A stretch of DNA of 64,000 bases, from the NCBI GenBank assembly GCA_049325535.1, contig JBMOKY010000001.1:1008048-1072047 (forward strand), given 5' to 3'. Shown here one piece after another: positions 41,128-50,748 of this stretch. The position numbers and the translations under genes are program-made. Under the pieces are notes generated by a model. That model was not told where the DNA came from and ran no database searches. It saw nothing but the letters and a program-made list of their open reading frames with translations. This DNA is from Patescibacteria group bacterium (lineage in GTDB: Bacteria > Patescibacteriota > Patescibacteriia > UBA10025 > JAHIVO01). Positions within the stretch are counted from its first letter, which is position 1. The number at the start of each line of letters is the position of its first letter.

Positions 41128-41192
41128 TGAGCATTGTTCCATACATTAAATTTAAATATTGCCCGGTGGCGCACACATGGTACACTAAACTC

Positions 41193-41376
41193 AGTTCATT
41201 GGCTCTCCACAGCCATGCTGCCCGCCCACGCATCCGGTGCGTGCGAGTCTTCTCGGCCCTTTGCGGTCAGCCCCCTATCATATCCTCCTCCAGAAAAACC
41301 GTGTAGGAATGCCTGCCGAATGCGTAACGGAGATCGCGTGCCCGAAAGGTAAGAGGATGCTATAGGGGGCTTTTTT
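41193..41376 (+). ncRNA. Candidate structured non-coding RNA
   Basis: TTGCCC/TGnTACACT promoter, two 5' hairpins, long stem AGCCCCCTAT...ATAGGGGGCT, T-run. Confidence 0.45.
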
Positions 41377-41445
41377 CTGTAAAAAAAATCCGGCTGCCAC
41401 GCGTGGTAGCAGCCGGTTACGGTCAATATAATATGACGATTCCTC

Positions 41446-42957
41446 CTAAATGCGAAGTTCCTTGCTCCAGCAGCCGGTGCAAAAATGCCGGGCGTCTTTC
41501 CCCGCTACTTTGAGCAAACCCTCAAGCGAAAGGTAGCGCAGACTGGAAACCCGCAGGTGTTCCCGTTCGATCTTCTCGATCGCCATGGTAGCGGCGATGA
41601 GATCACCCTTGGTTGCCATGTCGATGCCGTAGGGGCACCGTTCCACCACCGGCGGACAGCTGATCCGCACATGGATTTCCTTTGCCCCGGCGGCGCGCAG
41701 GGTCCGCACCAACCGTTGGATCGATGTGCCATAGACGATAGAGTCGTCCACCACCACGATCCGCGGCCGTTTGGTGAAGAGCGCGTGCATCGGCCGATAT
41801 TTGATCGAGGCGAGATGTTTCCGATTCGACAGTTCCGGACTGATGAATGTCCGGCTGACATACGGATTCCGCACCAGGCCGATACGGTAAGCCAGTCCGC
41901 TCTCATCGGCAAATCCGGCGGCGGCCAGATCCCCGGAGGCCGGAATGGAGATGACGCAATCGGCATCCGCGTCACCCATCGGATGTTCGGCGGCCAGCTG
42001 TTTGCCCAGACGGTAACGGAAACTGTTTACCTCCTCGGTCTGGTCCTCGAGGTAATCGAACCAGTAGTTCCCATTGTCCCACTGTACCATGATTTTATAG
42101 CACAGCGGGTTGCCATCAGTCGGCACGCGGAAGCGGCTGTCCGGACGCTGGAAATACACATATTCAAACAGGCAGAGGGCCCGCCGTTCCTCCGGCTCGA
42201 CCAGTTGCTGTCGCACGATCTGAGGATCGTGCAGATGCACCGTCAGCATTTCGCCCGGCAACACCTGATTGATACTCACCGTCCCGTCCTGGTGTCCTTC
42301 TTCGGCCCGATAGGTCAGGATGCCGTTGAGAGCGCAGTCCTCGGAGGCGAAGACGAAATAGTCGCCGACCGTCATGTAGAAGAGCGGCCGATTGGCAAAC
42401 CGATCACGGAACAGGTGAACCGTATCCCGAGTTGCCAGCCAGGAAGAAAATGATGCGCTGGAATGGAGCATCAAATGGCGGATGCCATCCTCCAGCCGGT
42501 CGAAATTATTGTCAGCATGGTAGAGGATATGCTGCACCAGCAATTCCGCATCATTCTGACTGTCGAAGACCAGGCCCTGCTCCTCCAGCTCACGACGCGC
42601 TTCGGCATAATGGCGATGATCACCATTACTCCCCAGCGCGATAGTACCTCTGCCCGGACGCAAAAACTGCGGCTGGGCATTGCGCTTGGTGCTTCTGCCC
42701 TGGGTAGAAAAGCGCCCCTGCAAACACATGAGTTGCGGAGTATCGGCCCGGAGGCTCTGATACACTTCCCGGTTACCGAACGCGGATTCAAACAGGCCTG
42801 CCTGTTTGTAGACTCTGAGGATTCGTCCGTCGGAATGGGCAAACCCCAGCCATTCGTGCCCCCGGTGCTGCAAATCACCGCCAAGAATGGCGACCAATTT
42901 CATCACTTCATCGGGGTCGACGGTTTTCATGGGAATGACGCCGCCAATAGAACACAT
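41446..42957 (-). CDS. purF: Divergent amidophosphoribosyltransferase
   Basis: N-terminal MC, QHRG, NAQP, CLFEYVYF.RPDS, VDDSIV.GT, CPYGID, FCTGC. Confidence 0.82.
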   Translation of the reverse strand: MCSIGGVIPMKTVDPDEVMKLVAILGGDLQHRGHEWLGFAHSDGRILRVYKQAGLFESAFGNREVYQSLRADTPQLMCLQGRFSTQGRSTKRNAQPQFLRPGRGTIALGSNGDHRHYAEARRELEEQGLVFDSQNDAELLVQHILYHADNNFDRLEDGIRHLMLHSSASFSSWLATRDTVHLFRDRFANRPLFYMTVGDYFVFASEDCALNGILTYRAEEGHQDGTVSINQVLPGEMLTVHLHDPQIVRQQLVEPEERRALCLFEYVYFQRPDSRFRVPTDGNPLCYKIMVQWDNGNYWFDYLEDQTEEVNSFRYRLGKQLAAEHPMGDADADCVISIPASGDLAAAGFADESGLAYRIGLVRNPYVSRTFISPELSNRKHLASIKYRPMHALFTKRPRIVVVDDSIVYGTSIQRLVRTLRAAGAKEIHVRISCPPVVERCPYGIDMATKGDLIAATMAIEKIEREHLRVSSLRYLSLEGLLKVAGKDARHFCTGCWSKELRI

Positions 42958-43095
42958 ACCAAACTCCCTTCGTATCGGGGTTATATTGTTTACGAACTAT
43001 TATTGTTTTTCTTTTGAGAGAAGGGGTTATCTTACACTACTCGTCAAACAACTGTCAAAAAGTTATTGCGACATGGTATACTCACCCCACTGCCT

Positions 43096-44028
43096 ATGAA
43101 AAAAGTACTCGTCACCGGAACATTTGACCTCCTCCATCCCGGCCACTACCGACTGTTACAATCGGCCAAGCGTCTGGGGGATTTTTTGACGGTGGTCATC
43201 GCCCGTGACGAGACGGTCAAGCGCGTCAAAGGATACAATCCTTTCTTCACCCAAGCCGATCGGGTACAAAACATGCGCGCACTCGGCATCGCCCACCGGG
43301 TCATCCCCGGCGGCAGCGGCGATAAATTGTCAGTCATTGCCTCCGAACGGCCTGATATCATCTGTCTGGGGTACGACCAGCATGCCTTTACCGATGACCT
43401 CGAGAAAAAGCTAACTGCCCGTGGCTTCACCCCGCGCATCGTCCGCATCCGTCGATTTAGCGCTGGTATGTTCCGCACCGGCGGATTGCATGCCGCTGGA
43501 TTAGTGGCCCTGCATCGTACTGATCCGACACTGGTTATCGAACCGCGCTATGCCACCGCCCGGAATTTCACCGGTCAACGGCTATACCACAACCGTATTA
43601 TTCTGGGACGAACGCATGTGGCGCGTATGGTGAAGCGCGCGCAAACCGTCTTGCGCCGCCAAGGATACGGACTCAAGATTTGGGATTGTTACCGGCCGTT
43701 ATCCGTACAAAAAATCCTCTGGTGCCATCTGCCGGATGAGCGCTATGTCGGCAATCCAAAAAAAGGGCCGGTGCATACGCGTGGCACCGGTGTGGACTGC
43801 ACCCTAGTGGACCGGCGCGGACGCCCATTACCCATGCCCACGAAGTACGACGAATTTTCAGATCGAGCGCATCGTCAGCATCCCCCGCATCCGACGACCG
43901 GATGGCGGCACTCCCGCATCCTCGAACAAGCTATGACCCGTGCCGGATTCGAGGCGTTGCCCACCGAATGGTGGCATTTTTCTGATCCCCGGTGGAAACA
44001 ATACCCGGTTATCGATATCGCCATCTGA
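43096..44028 (+). CDS. Fusion of RibL/TagD-like nucleotidyltransferase and VanX/DdpX D-Ala-D-Ala dipeptidase
   Basis: GTFDLLHPGH...ARD...LGYDQ, then WDCYRP, HTRGTGVD, EWWHF. Confidence 0.82.
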   Translation: MKKVLVTGTFDLLHPGHYRLLQSAKRLGDFLTVVIARDETVKRVKGYNPFFTQADRVQNMRALGIAHRVIPGGSGDKLSVIASERPDIICLGYDQHAFTDDLEKKLTARGFTPRIVRIRRFSAGMFRTGGLHAAGLVALHRTDPTLVIEPRYATARNFTGQRLYHNRIILGRTHVARMVKRAQTVLRRQGYGLKIWDCYRPLSVQKILWCHLPDERYVGNPKKGPVHTRGTGVDCTLVDRRGRPLPMPTKYDEFSDRAHRQHPPHPTTGWRHSRILEQAMTRAGFEALPTEWWHFSDPRWKQYPVIDIAI

Positions 44029-44098
44029 AACTTGACCAAGTGAATAAAACTGGCTACACTTCATCCTACTTACTTATCATCAATCTCACACTAATGCT

Positions 44099-44359
44099 AT
44101 GCCCATCAAGCACGCCTCAGCCAAACATCTACGTCAAACCGTCCGCCGAACCTCCCGCAACCACGCGGTCATCGCCAAATTACGCTCTCTGATCAAGACA
44201 GCGCGTAAAGCAATCGCCGCCAAGGACAAAGAAAAAGCCCAGGCAGCAGTACGTGCCGCTGCTACGGCAATCGATAAGGCCGCGCAAAATAAAGTGATGA
44301 AAAAAAACACCGCCAGCCGGTATAAATCACGCCTGACAACCGCCCTCAACAAAATCTAA
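44099..44359 (+). CDS. rpsT: 30S ribosomal protein S20
   Basis: MPIKHASAK, IDKAA..KNTASR.KSRL. Confidence 0.95.
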   Translation: MPIKHASAKHLRQTVRRTSRNHAVIAKLRSLIKTARKAIAAKDKEKAQAAVRAAATAIDKAAQNKVMKKNTASRYKSRLTTALNKI

Positions 44360-45339
44360 GCACGAGCGGTACCGAGTCGCGTCACCAACAGGTCAAACAT
44401 GAGCTGCGGATTTTGTGATGATGTCTTCAGGGCGATATCAGTATCCAGCAGCATGCCATATACCATTTTCAACTCATCAATTTTGTACCGGCGTATATCC
44501 CGTACTGCTTTTTGTACCACGAATGGATGCAGCCCCAGCCGCCGGGCGATGGTGGCCGGATGCGGTTCGGTTTCGGCCAATGACCGCACTTGGAGTAAAA
44601 TGCGGAACTGGCGGATGACCATGGTCAGTATATAAAGCGGGGCGGCGCCGGAAGCAAATTGATCATGGAGTAATCGCACCGTCGTTTTCGTGTCACGCGC
44701 CGCTAATGCATCGGATAAATGAAATATATTTTCATCATAGGCCGCGCGGACCATCTGCCGAACATCCGCCGCACGAATCAACTGTCCGGCTCGGTAATTG
44801 ATGAGTTTTTCTATCTCGGCGGCCATTTCCCAGAGATCACTGCCGATCAGTCCCGCCATTTCCCCCACCGCCGACGACTCAATCCGTCCGCCCCGCCGCC
44901 GTACCTCCTGCTGGATCCATGTGGTCAGCTGCACGCCCGTGAGAAGCGGGAATGACTCCACAGTCGCTTCCTTATCCAGAAAAACAGCCAGCGGATGGGC
45001 GCTCTTCCTACCCCGGCCACGTCCCGTATCGACTTCTTCCTCGACACAGATAATAACCGCGTCGCCAGTATATTCTCCAGTGAGATAGTCGACGATAGCT
45101 GGTCCCAATTGCTTACTTTTATTTTTTGTGATGACGTTTTCGATGACCACCAGCCGTTTTGTCGCTAGAAATCCGACCTGCCCAATCGCCTGGCGCAGCG
45201 CTTCCAGAGTCAATTTCTCCCCATCAAGCACCGTAGTATTATACCCCTGCGGATCATATTTTTTTCTAAATCCAGCCTGATAATACTGCAACCGCTGGCG
45301 CAGACGGTACGTGTCGGGTCCATGGAGATACATAATCAT
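44356..45339 (-). CDS. holA: DNA polymerase III delta subunit
   Basis: YLHG, F...RLVVI, EIEKL, IF.L.DA, HPFVVQK, D..LKT; adjacent to rpsT. Confidence 0.9.
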   Translation of the reverse strand: MIMYLHGPDTYRLRQRLQYYQAGFRKKYDPQGYNTTVLDGEKLTLEALRQAIGQVGFLATKRLVVIENVITKNKSKQLGPAIVDYLTGEYTGDAVIICVEEEVDTGRGRGRKSAHPLAVFLDKEATVESFPLLTGVQLTTWIQQEVRRRGGRIESSAVGEMAGLIGSDLWEMAAEIEKLINYRAGQLIRAADVRQMVRAAYDENIFHLSDALAARDTKTTVRLLHDQFASGAAPLYILTMVIRQFRILLQVRSLAETEPHPATIARRLGLHPFVVQKAVRDIRRYKIDELKMVYGMLLDTDIALKTSSQNPQLMFDLLVTRLGTARA

Positions 45340-48128
45340 AGTACAATCGGCATTAATGTTCCCCAGGTATCTCCCGCTTCTACCTCGGTCACGATCGGCA
45401 CGCGCAACGTATAAGCGCCATTCATCTGCTCGGCCACAAAAGCCGCCACCTTTTGCACCTCCATTTCAGGTACTTCAAACACTAGCTCGTCATGCACCTG
45501 TAATATCATCCGGGTTTGCGGACTGACGCTGGGCAGCTGGCGATGGATATTGATCATGGCTACTTTCAGGAGATCAGCTGCCGTACCCTGGATCGGCATA
45601 TTGACGGCCATACGTTCCGCCGCCGCCCGCACCTGGGGCATAGAAGCGTTGATATCCGGGAGATACCGTCGCCGGCCAAACAACGTCTCCACATATCCCT
45701 GCTCGTGCGCCAGGGCGATCGTCGCGGCGATGTACTCCTGGATTTCCGGATGTACCATAAAATATTTTTCGATAAACGCCCGGGCCCGGTCACGCGACAT
45801 ACCCTGCCGCGAGGCCAATCCCCAGGCACCCATACCGTACAGGATGCCAAAATTTACCTCTTTTGCTTCATAGCGCTGTTGTTTGGTGACCTGCTCCAGC
45901 GGGATTTGATTGACATCTGCGGCAGTACGGCGATGTATGTCCTCGCCGCGCCGGAATGCGTCGATCATCTTTTCGTCTCCGGCGATCGAGGCGACGATCC
46001 TGAGTTCTATCTGTGAATAATCCGCCGCCAGTATCCGATAACCGGGCTCAGCGATGAATGCCCGGCGGATCTGTGCTCCGGTCTCCGTGCGAATCGGTAT
46101 GTTCTGCAAATTTGGATCCGATGATGACAGCCGCCCGGTAGCGGTTACTGCCTGATTGAAACTGGTATGCACTCGTTTGGTCTTTGGATTGACCAATACC
46201 GGGAGCGCGTCGAGATAGGTTGATTTCAATTTGGACAGCTCGCGGTACTCCTGCAGCAGGACAATAATCGGATGCTTGTCCTTCAGTTTTTCCAGCTGGG
46301 CTGCGGCGGTCGATAGGCCGGTTTTGGTCTTGCCGATGCCCTCAGTACTGATATGCAGGCGCTCAAACAGCACCTCCTTCAGCTGGAGCGGGGAATTGAT
46401 ATTGAATTCAACGCCGGCCATGTCATATATTTTTTTTTCCAAAGTCCCGATCGTGGTGCCAGTTTTTTGAGACAGCGTATTTAAAAAAGCTGTATCAATT
46501 TTCACGCCATTTTGTTCCAGCGTAGCCAGGACCGGAATGAGCGGTACCTCCAGTTTGTCCATCAAACCAGACATATTTTTTTCCTCCAGCTCACTGGTAA
46601 AATGCTGATACAGTTGCCAGGTGTATTCCGCGTCTTCCGCGGCGTACCAGGCGATCCGATCGACGGGCACCATATCCATGGAAATCTGCTGTTTGCCTTT
46701 GCCGATGAGGTCAGTTATCGGCTCCATTTCATATCCAAAAATTTCAAAAGCGAGATTATCCAGGCTGTGCCCCCGCGAACCAGGATTCAGTAAATAGGAG
46801 GCGACCATGCTATCAAATGCAATCGGATGTAGATTGATGCCCACCTGCCAGAGCATGGCCAGATCATACTTGATGTTGTGTCCCACTTTTTTTATGGTGG
46901 GATGTTCCAGCAATAATTTCAATTGCGGGAGCCACTCCGCATGGTCGGCCACGTGCATATAATACGCCGTGCCAGACTGCCAGCAGAGGCTGACCCCGAG
47001 CAGTCGGGCGCGAAATGGATCGACGCTGGTGGATTCGGTATCCACCGCCAATACCGGCTGTCGCATGGCCGCCGCCATACAGTCAGCAAACTGTGCGCCG
47101 GTCTGAATATGGATGTATTGCGATGGGGAGGTTCGCGGCACCGTCGAGGGTATGTTCGCCGATTCCGGACGCGGAGCGACTGTAGTATTTTTTGGAATCA
47201 CCGATTCGGCATTCAGCGCATCACTTGTGGACACACTGACATCCGGCAGACGATTGAGCAGGCTCTTAAATTCCAGCTCCTGAAACAGGGAAAATACAGC
47301 CTGCCGGTCATACGGCCGTAAAGCGCAATCGTCCGGTGAGTATGTGATAGGCACGTCGCGCACGATGGTCGCCAGCCGCTTGCTCATCATTGCCTCCTTT
47401 TCTTGCTTCTGCAGGAGCGCCAAATTTCGTTTTTTGATATCCGCCGTTTTGCCGGCGGCGATAGCTTGATATATCTTTTCTACTGATTCAAACCGCCGTA
47501 ATAATTCCGTCGCCCCCTTATCACCGATGCCTTTGACCCCGGGAATATTATCAGACGGATCGCCGGCGATTGCTTTCAGGTCAATCATCTGGATGGGATC
47601 CAGGCCGTATGTATCCCGGAACGCCGCCGTATCATACGTCACCGTATCGGCAATGCCCTTGCGGAGGGTATGCACCACGGTATGCTCATCAATCAGCTGA
47701 AAGGCGTCCTTGTCTCCGGTGACGATGATATTTTCGATCCCAGCCGTTTCATTTTCCCGGGCAATAGTACCGATCACGTCATCCGCTTCAAAACCATCAA
47801 TCTCATAGACCGGAATCTGAAAAGCGGCGAGTATAGCTTTGACAATAGGAATCTGGGTATAAAATTCATCCGGGGTTTCTGCCCGTCCGGCCTTGTACTC
47901 CGCATATTCCTCGTGGCGGAATGTTTTTTTGGCCTTATCAAAAGCCACCGCGATATGCGTCGGTTTAAATTCCTTCAGCACTTTAAATAACACTGAGGTA
48001 AACCCGTACACCGCATTCACCATCTGCCCGCTCTTGGTGGTCAGGGTCGGTGGCAACGCATGGAAACTCCGGTGCAGAAGCGCATTGGCATCGATTATGA
48101 CGGCTTTTTGTCGTTTGACGGCTGACAT
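45336..48128 (-). CDS. polA: DNA polymerase I
   Basis: 5'-3' exonuclease (EADD, GDPSDNIPG), DTE exonuclease motif, TGRLSS, ADYSQIELR, QVHDEL. Confidence 0.98.
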   Translation of the reverse strand: MSAVKRQKAVIIDANALLHRSFHALPPTLTTKSGQMVNAVYGFTSVLFKVLKEFKPTHIAVAFDKAKKTFRHEEYAEYKAGRAETPDEFYTQIPIVKAILAAFQIPVYEIDGFEADDVIGTIARENETAGIENIIVTGDKDAFQLIDEHTVVHTLRKGIADTVTYDTAAFRDTYGLDPIQMIDLKAIAGDPSDNIPGVKGIGDKGATELLRRFESVEKIYQAIAAGKTADIKKRNLALLQKQEKEAMMSKRLATIVRDVPITYSPDDCALRPYDRQAVFSLFQELEFKSLLNRLPDVSVSTSDALNAESVIPKNTTVAPRPESANIPSTVPRTSPSQYIHIQTGAQFADCMAAAMRQPVLAVDTESTSVDPFRARLLGVSLCWQSGTAYYMHVADHAEWLPQLKLLLEHPTIKKVGHNIKYDLAMLWQVGINLHPIAFDSMVASYLLNPGSRGHSLDNLAFEIFGYEMEPITDLIGKGKQQISMDMVPVDRIAWYAAEDAEYTWQLYQHFTSELEEKNMSGLMDKLEVPLIPVLATLEQNGVKIDTAFLNTLSQKTGTTIGTLEKKIYDMAGVEFNINSPLQLKEVLFERLHISTEGIGKTKTGLSTAAAQLEKLKDKHPIIVLLQEYRELSKLKSTYLDALPVLVNPKTKRVHTSFNQAVTATGRLSSSDPNLQNIPIRTETGAQIRRAFIAEPGYRILAADYSQIELRIVASIAGDEKMIDAFRRGEDIHRRTAADVNQIPLEQVTKQQRYEAKEVNFGILYGMGAWGLASRQGMSRDRARAFIEKYFMVHPEIQEYIAATIALAHEQGYVETLFGRRRYLPDINASMPQVRAAAERMAVNMPIQGTAADLLKVAMINIHRQLPSVSPQTRMILQVHDELVFEVPEMEVQKVAAFVAEQMNGAYTLRVPIVTEVEAGDTWGTLMPIVL

Positions 48129-48268
48129 AGGTGTACCTATTGTACCAGCTTATCCGCCTTGCTGTCATGCGCCAGTCAGTCACAATCTATCAACATTGAC
48201 AAACAACATCCAAATTGGTACGGTTGCATGATTTTCCGCTCTTTAACTTTTCCCGTGGAGGAAATACC

Positions 48269-49672
48269 ATGTCCAAACAAAAATTCCTATTCTGGGCAGA
48301 CATGGTTCATCCCATGGTTCCGCCACCTCGCTACTTCGGCTGCCACCCTGGCTACCAGGCGGCATTTCGCCGCTACTCAAAGAAATCCCGCAGCGTGGCA
48401 GATCGATTCCGCGCCATGGCTGGCCAGGAAATCTCAGTGATGACGTTTGCCGACCCGCGGCATCCGGAAACGGTACTGGTACCCCGCAACCGGCCACTCA
48501 TCGCCACTGACGGGTTTCATGACCCCGCCACCCCCCGACTGCCTTTCTTCTTCAGTTCCTACGACCTCTGGATTGATCAGGACGAGCAACCGCTCTGGCA
48601 AGCACTGCACCATCCGGCACTGTTCCGCATGCAGGGCATCAGTGAACTCGGCGCCCTCATCCCTGATTTCTTTGACCAGGCGCAGTACCTGTACTTTATC
48701 GGCATGCCATTCACCCACAATCGGTGGTCGCACTTGATGCTGGCGGCGGCTATGGCCGATGTGCTGCTGGCCCGCTCCGGATGGGATATCCAGCGACGTG
48801 CCGCGCCAGTACTAACCGTGGCGACGCACGATCTGGCGCTTCCCGCCGGCGGTGACACGGTCAAACGAGTTGATCCACCGGTGCTCGATGAGGAGGCGGC
48901 GTATGCCGAAACATTGGCGCAGTGGGGGCTTGCCGACGGCTGGCGCGTCCGCTTCAATTTCGACGTCACACAGGCATCCGCCTGGGTACGCAATGAAGGC
49001 ATGATCGGGCAACTGCTCGATATCGTAGACAAGCTGTCCTACGTCACCTACGACTGCTACTACGCCGGCTATGCCACTGATGGCGCGATCCGCCGCTGGT
49101 GCGTGCGGCATCCGCTGGTGATGAATGTCTGGCAGGATTGCGGACTTTCGTCCGATGGCACCACCTGGGGTTTTGCCGATGCCGAGCGGCTGTACCATTT
49201 CCTCGTGCTTCGCGCGTTGGAACATGACGAACTGCTGCTCAATCCCGCCTCACGCTTTCTGGATACACACCTATCCACATTCGTTCGCCCGCTGTACCAG
49301 CGGGGGGTGATTACGGCAGCTATGCTGCGCCAGTGGACTGACCAGGAACTGATCTGGTTCCTGGAAAAAAAATACCCGACAGCCGACGTGTCGCTCAATT
49401 CAATCGAACCCGCCCATTTCACCTGGCGACGATTTGCCAGCGCACATCAGCGCCGTGGTTTCATCGATCAGTGCGGACATCCGATCGACCACACCGAAGA
49501 CCGAACTGGATTCAATTCCTGCATCGACTGGCCGGTATTCACCGACCGCGCGCGCAGCAGATGGCGGCCGCTGCATGACTGCATCTCCCAGCCGCGCACT
49601 GATTATCTCCTGCACCTTTCCCGGCGAACCGCCGGATACTATGCCTACTGGAAACGCCCCGCTGTTTCATAA
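48269..49672 (+). CDS. HD-domain phosphohydrolase
   Basis: LFRMQGISELG, HNRWSH, HDL, DKLSY; GGAGG RBS. Confidence 0.72.
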   Translation: MSKQKFLFWADMVHPMVPPPRYFGCHPGYQAAFRRYSKKSRSVADRFRAMAGQEISVMTFADPRHPETVLVPRNRPLIATDGFHDPATPRLPFFFSSYDLWIDQDEQPLWQALHHPALFRMQGISELGALIPDFFDQAQYLYFIGMPFTHNRWSHLMLAAAMADVLLARSGWDIQRRAAPVLTVATHDLALPAGGDTVKRVDPPVLDEEAAYAETLAQWGLADGWRVRFNFDVTQASAWVRNEGMIGQLLDIVDKLSYVTYDCYYAGYATDGAIRRWCVRHPLVMNVWQDCGLSSDGTTWGFADAERLYHFLVLRALEHDELLLNPASRFLDTHLSTFVRPLYQRGVITAAMLRQWTDQELIWFLEKKYPTADVSLNSIEPAHFTWRRFASAHQRRGFIDQCGHPIDHTEDRTGFNSCIDWPVFTDRARSRWRPLHDCISQPRTDYLLHLSRRTAGYYAYWKRPAVS

Positions 49673-49730
49673 AACAGAGGGGCGTCTTTTTTTCCTGGGG
49701 TCAGCCCGGAGAACATTCCTTGCTGCAGGC

Positions 49731-49759
49731 TTGACAAAAGCGTTTTTTTGCGCTATACT
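49731..49759 (+). promoter_or_regulatory. Sigma70 promoter without a downstream CDS
   Basis: TTGACA-17 nt-TATACT. Confidence 0.7.
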
Positions 49760-49942
49760 AAGGGTAGAAAACAAAAATAAAAAGGAAAAATACGTTCCTT
49801 CCCATTCGGGGACAATCGCTTACCACGATTTCACGAGTCAATCTCGCGGGCTGATGGTAGCGATTGTCCCCTGTTTTCTTATATATAAAAAAGGCGCACG
49901 AGTGGTGTATCGCGCGCCGAACATATGATGTGCAGATATTGA

Positions 49943-50476
49943 CTACCGATGAATGACATCGGTCAGGTTCCGAACCCGCCGGGACTTCTCTTTCTTGGGC
50001 GACCCCTCGATGATCCCTTCTTCGGCGGCTCCCAGGAACGCCTGGAATACTTCGATGCGCAGCTGCGGGAGCTGGCGCTGGTGCGGATACTTCACCCGCA
50101 ATGCCTCGGCTTGCGCCGCTGCCGCCGAAACCTGTTCAATGGTCACGTTGACGTGCTGAAGCGCACGCCACCACTGGTCCAGATGCGGATCGGCATCGCC
50201 CAACGCCAGACGCATGGCATAGCGGGAAAGCGTGCACTGCTGCACTTTTTCCTCAGGGAATCCCAGCACCTGCAACTCGTCCATGAGCGCCAGCACCCGG
50301 GCTTCATCCAACTTCGGATCCAGCATAGCCAGATCCAGTTCCTGAAATTTCGCCTGCGCCTGATCGAGACGCTGGCGCTCCGCGTCGAACATGAGGTCGA
50401 CGGGGTCATGAGCAAATGGATGGGCGATTCCCTGTTCTTCGTGTTCCTGATGTTCCTGATTTGGACGTCGAGTCAT
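49943..50476 (-). CDS. Hypothetical helical protein
   Basis: AAAGGAG RBS before MTRRP. Confidence 0.6.
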   Translation of the reverse strand: MTRRPNQEHQEHEEQGIAHPFAHDPVDLMFDAERQRLDQAQAKFQELDLAMLDPKLDEARVLALMDELQVLGFPEEKVQQCTLSRYAMRLALGDADPHLDQWWRALQHVNVTIEQVSAAAAQAEALRVKYPHQRQLPQLRIEVFQAFLGAAEEGIIEGSPKKEKSRRVRNLTDVIHR

Positions 50477-50748
50477 CCGATGACTCCTTTCCTGTTTGGT
50501 TTTTTTGGTTGCTGTTTTGAAAGGTGCTACGGTTTCTATTTGTTCTTCAACTGAGCAAAATACCACCGATACGACAAATTGTCAAGGGATATAACCTTGA
50601 CACCATGTTTACCATACGATAGACTACCCTGACCTCTGTCCATATCATCTGGCTAATATGGTACAGACGGGTTGCTGTTTTCTTCTTGGCCGCCTTTTCC
50701 TGGACGGTCCCTGCCGGGGGTTCACATCATAGAACTCCCGGCCTTTTT

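Noticed and set aside
41193-41376. RNase P, SRP or tmRNA identity
   Set aside because: No GAGGAAAGTCC, no SRP helix-8 CAGG-GNRA-AGCA, no tRNA-like T-arm or CCA end
41485-42453. Long antisense ORFs (e.g. 41485-42453, 626-1423, 36709-37413, 49949-50554)
   Set aside because: Shadow frames of real genes in GC-rich sequence, with no recognisable motifs
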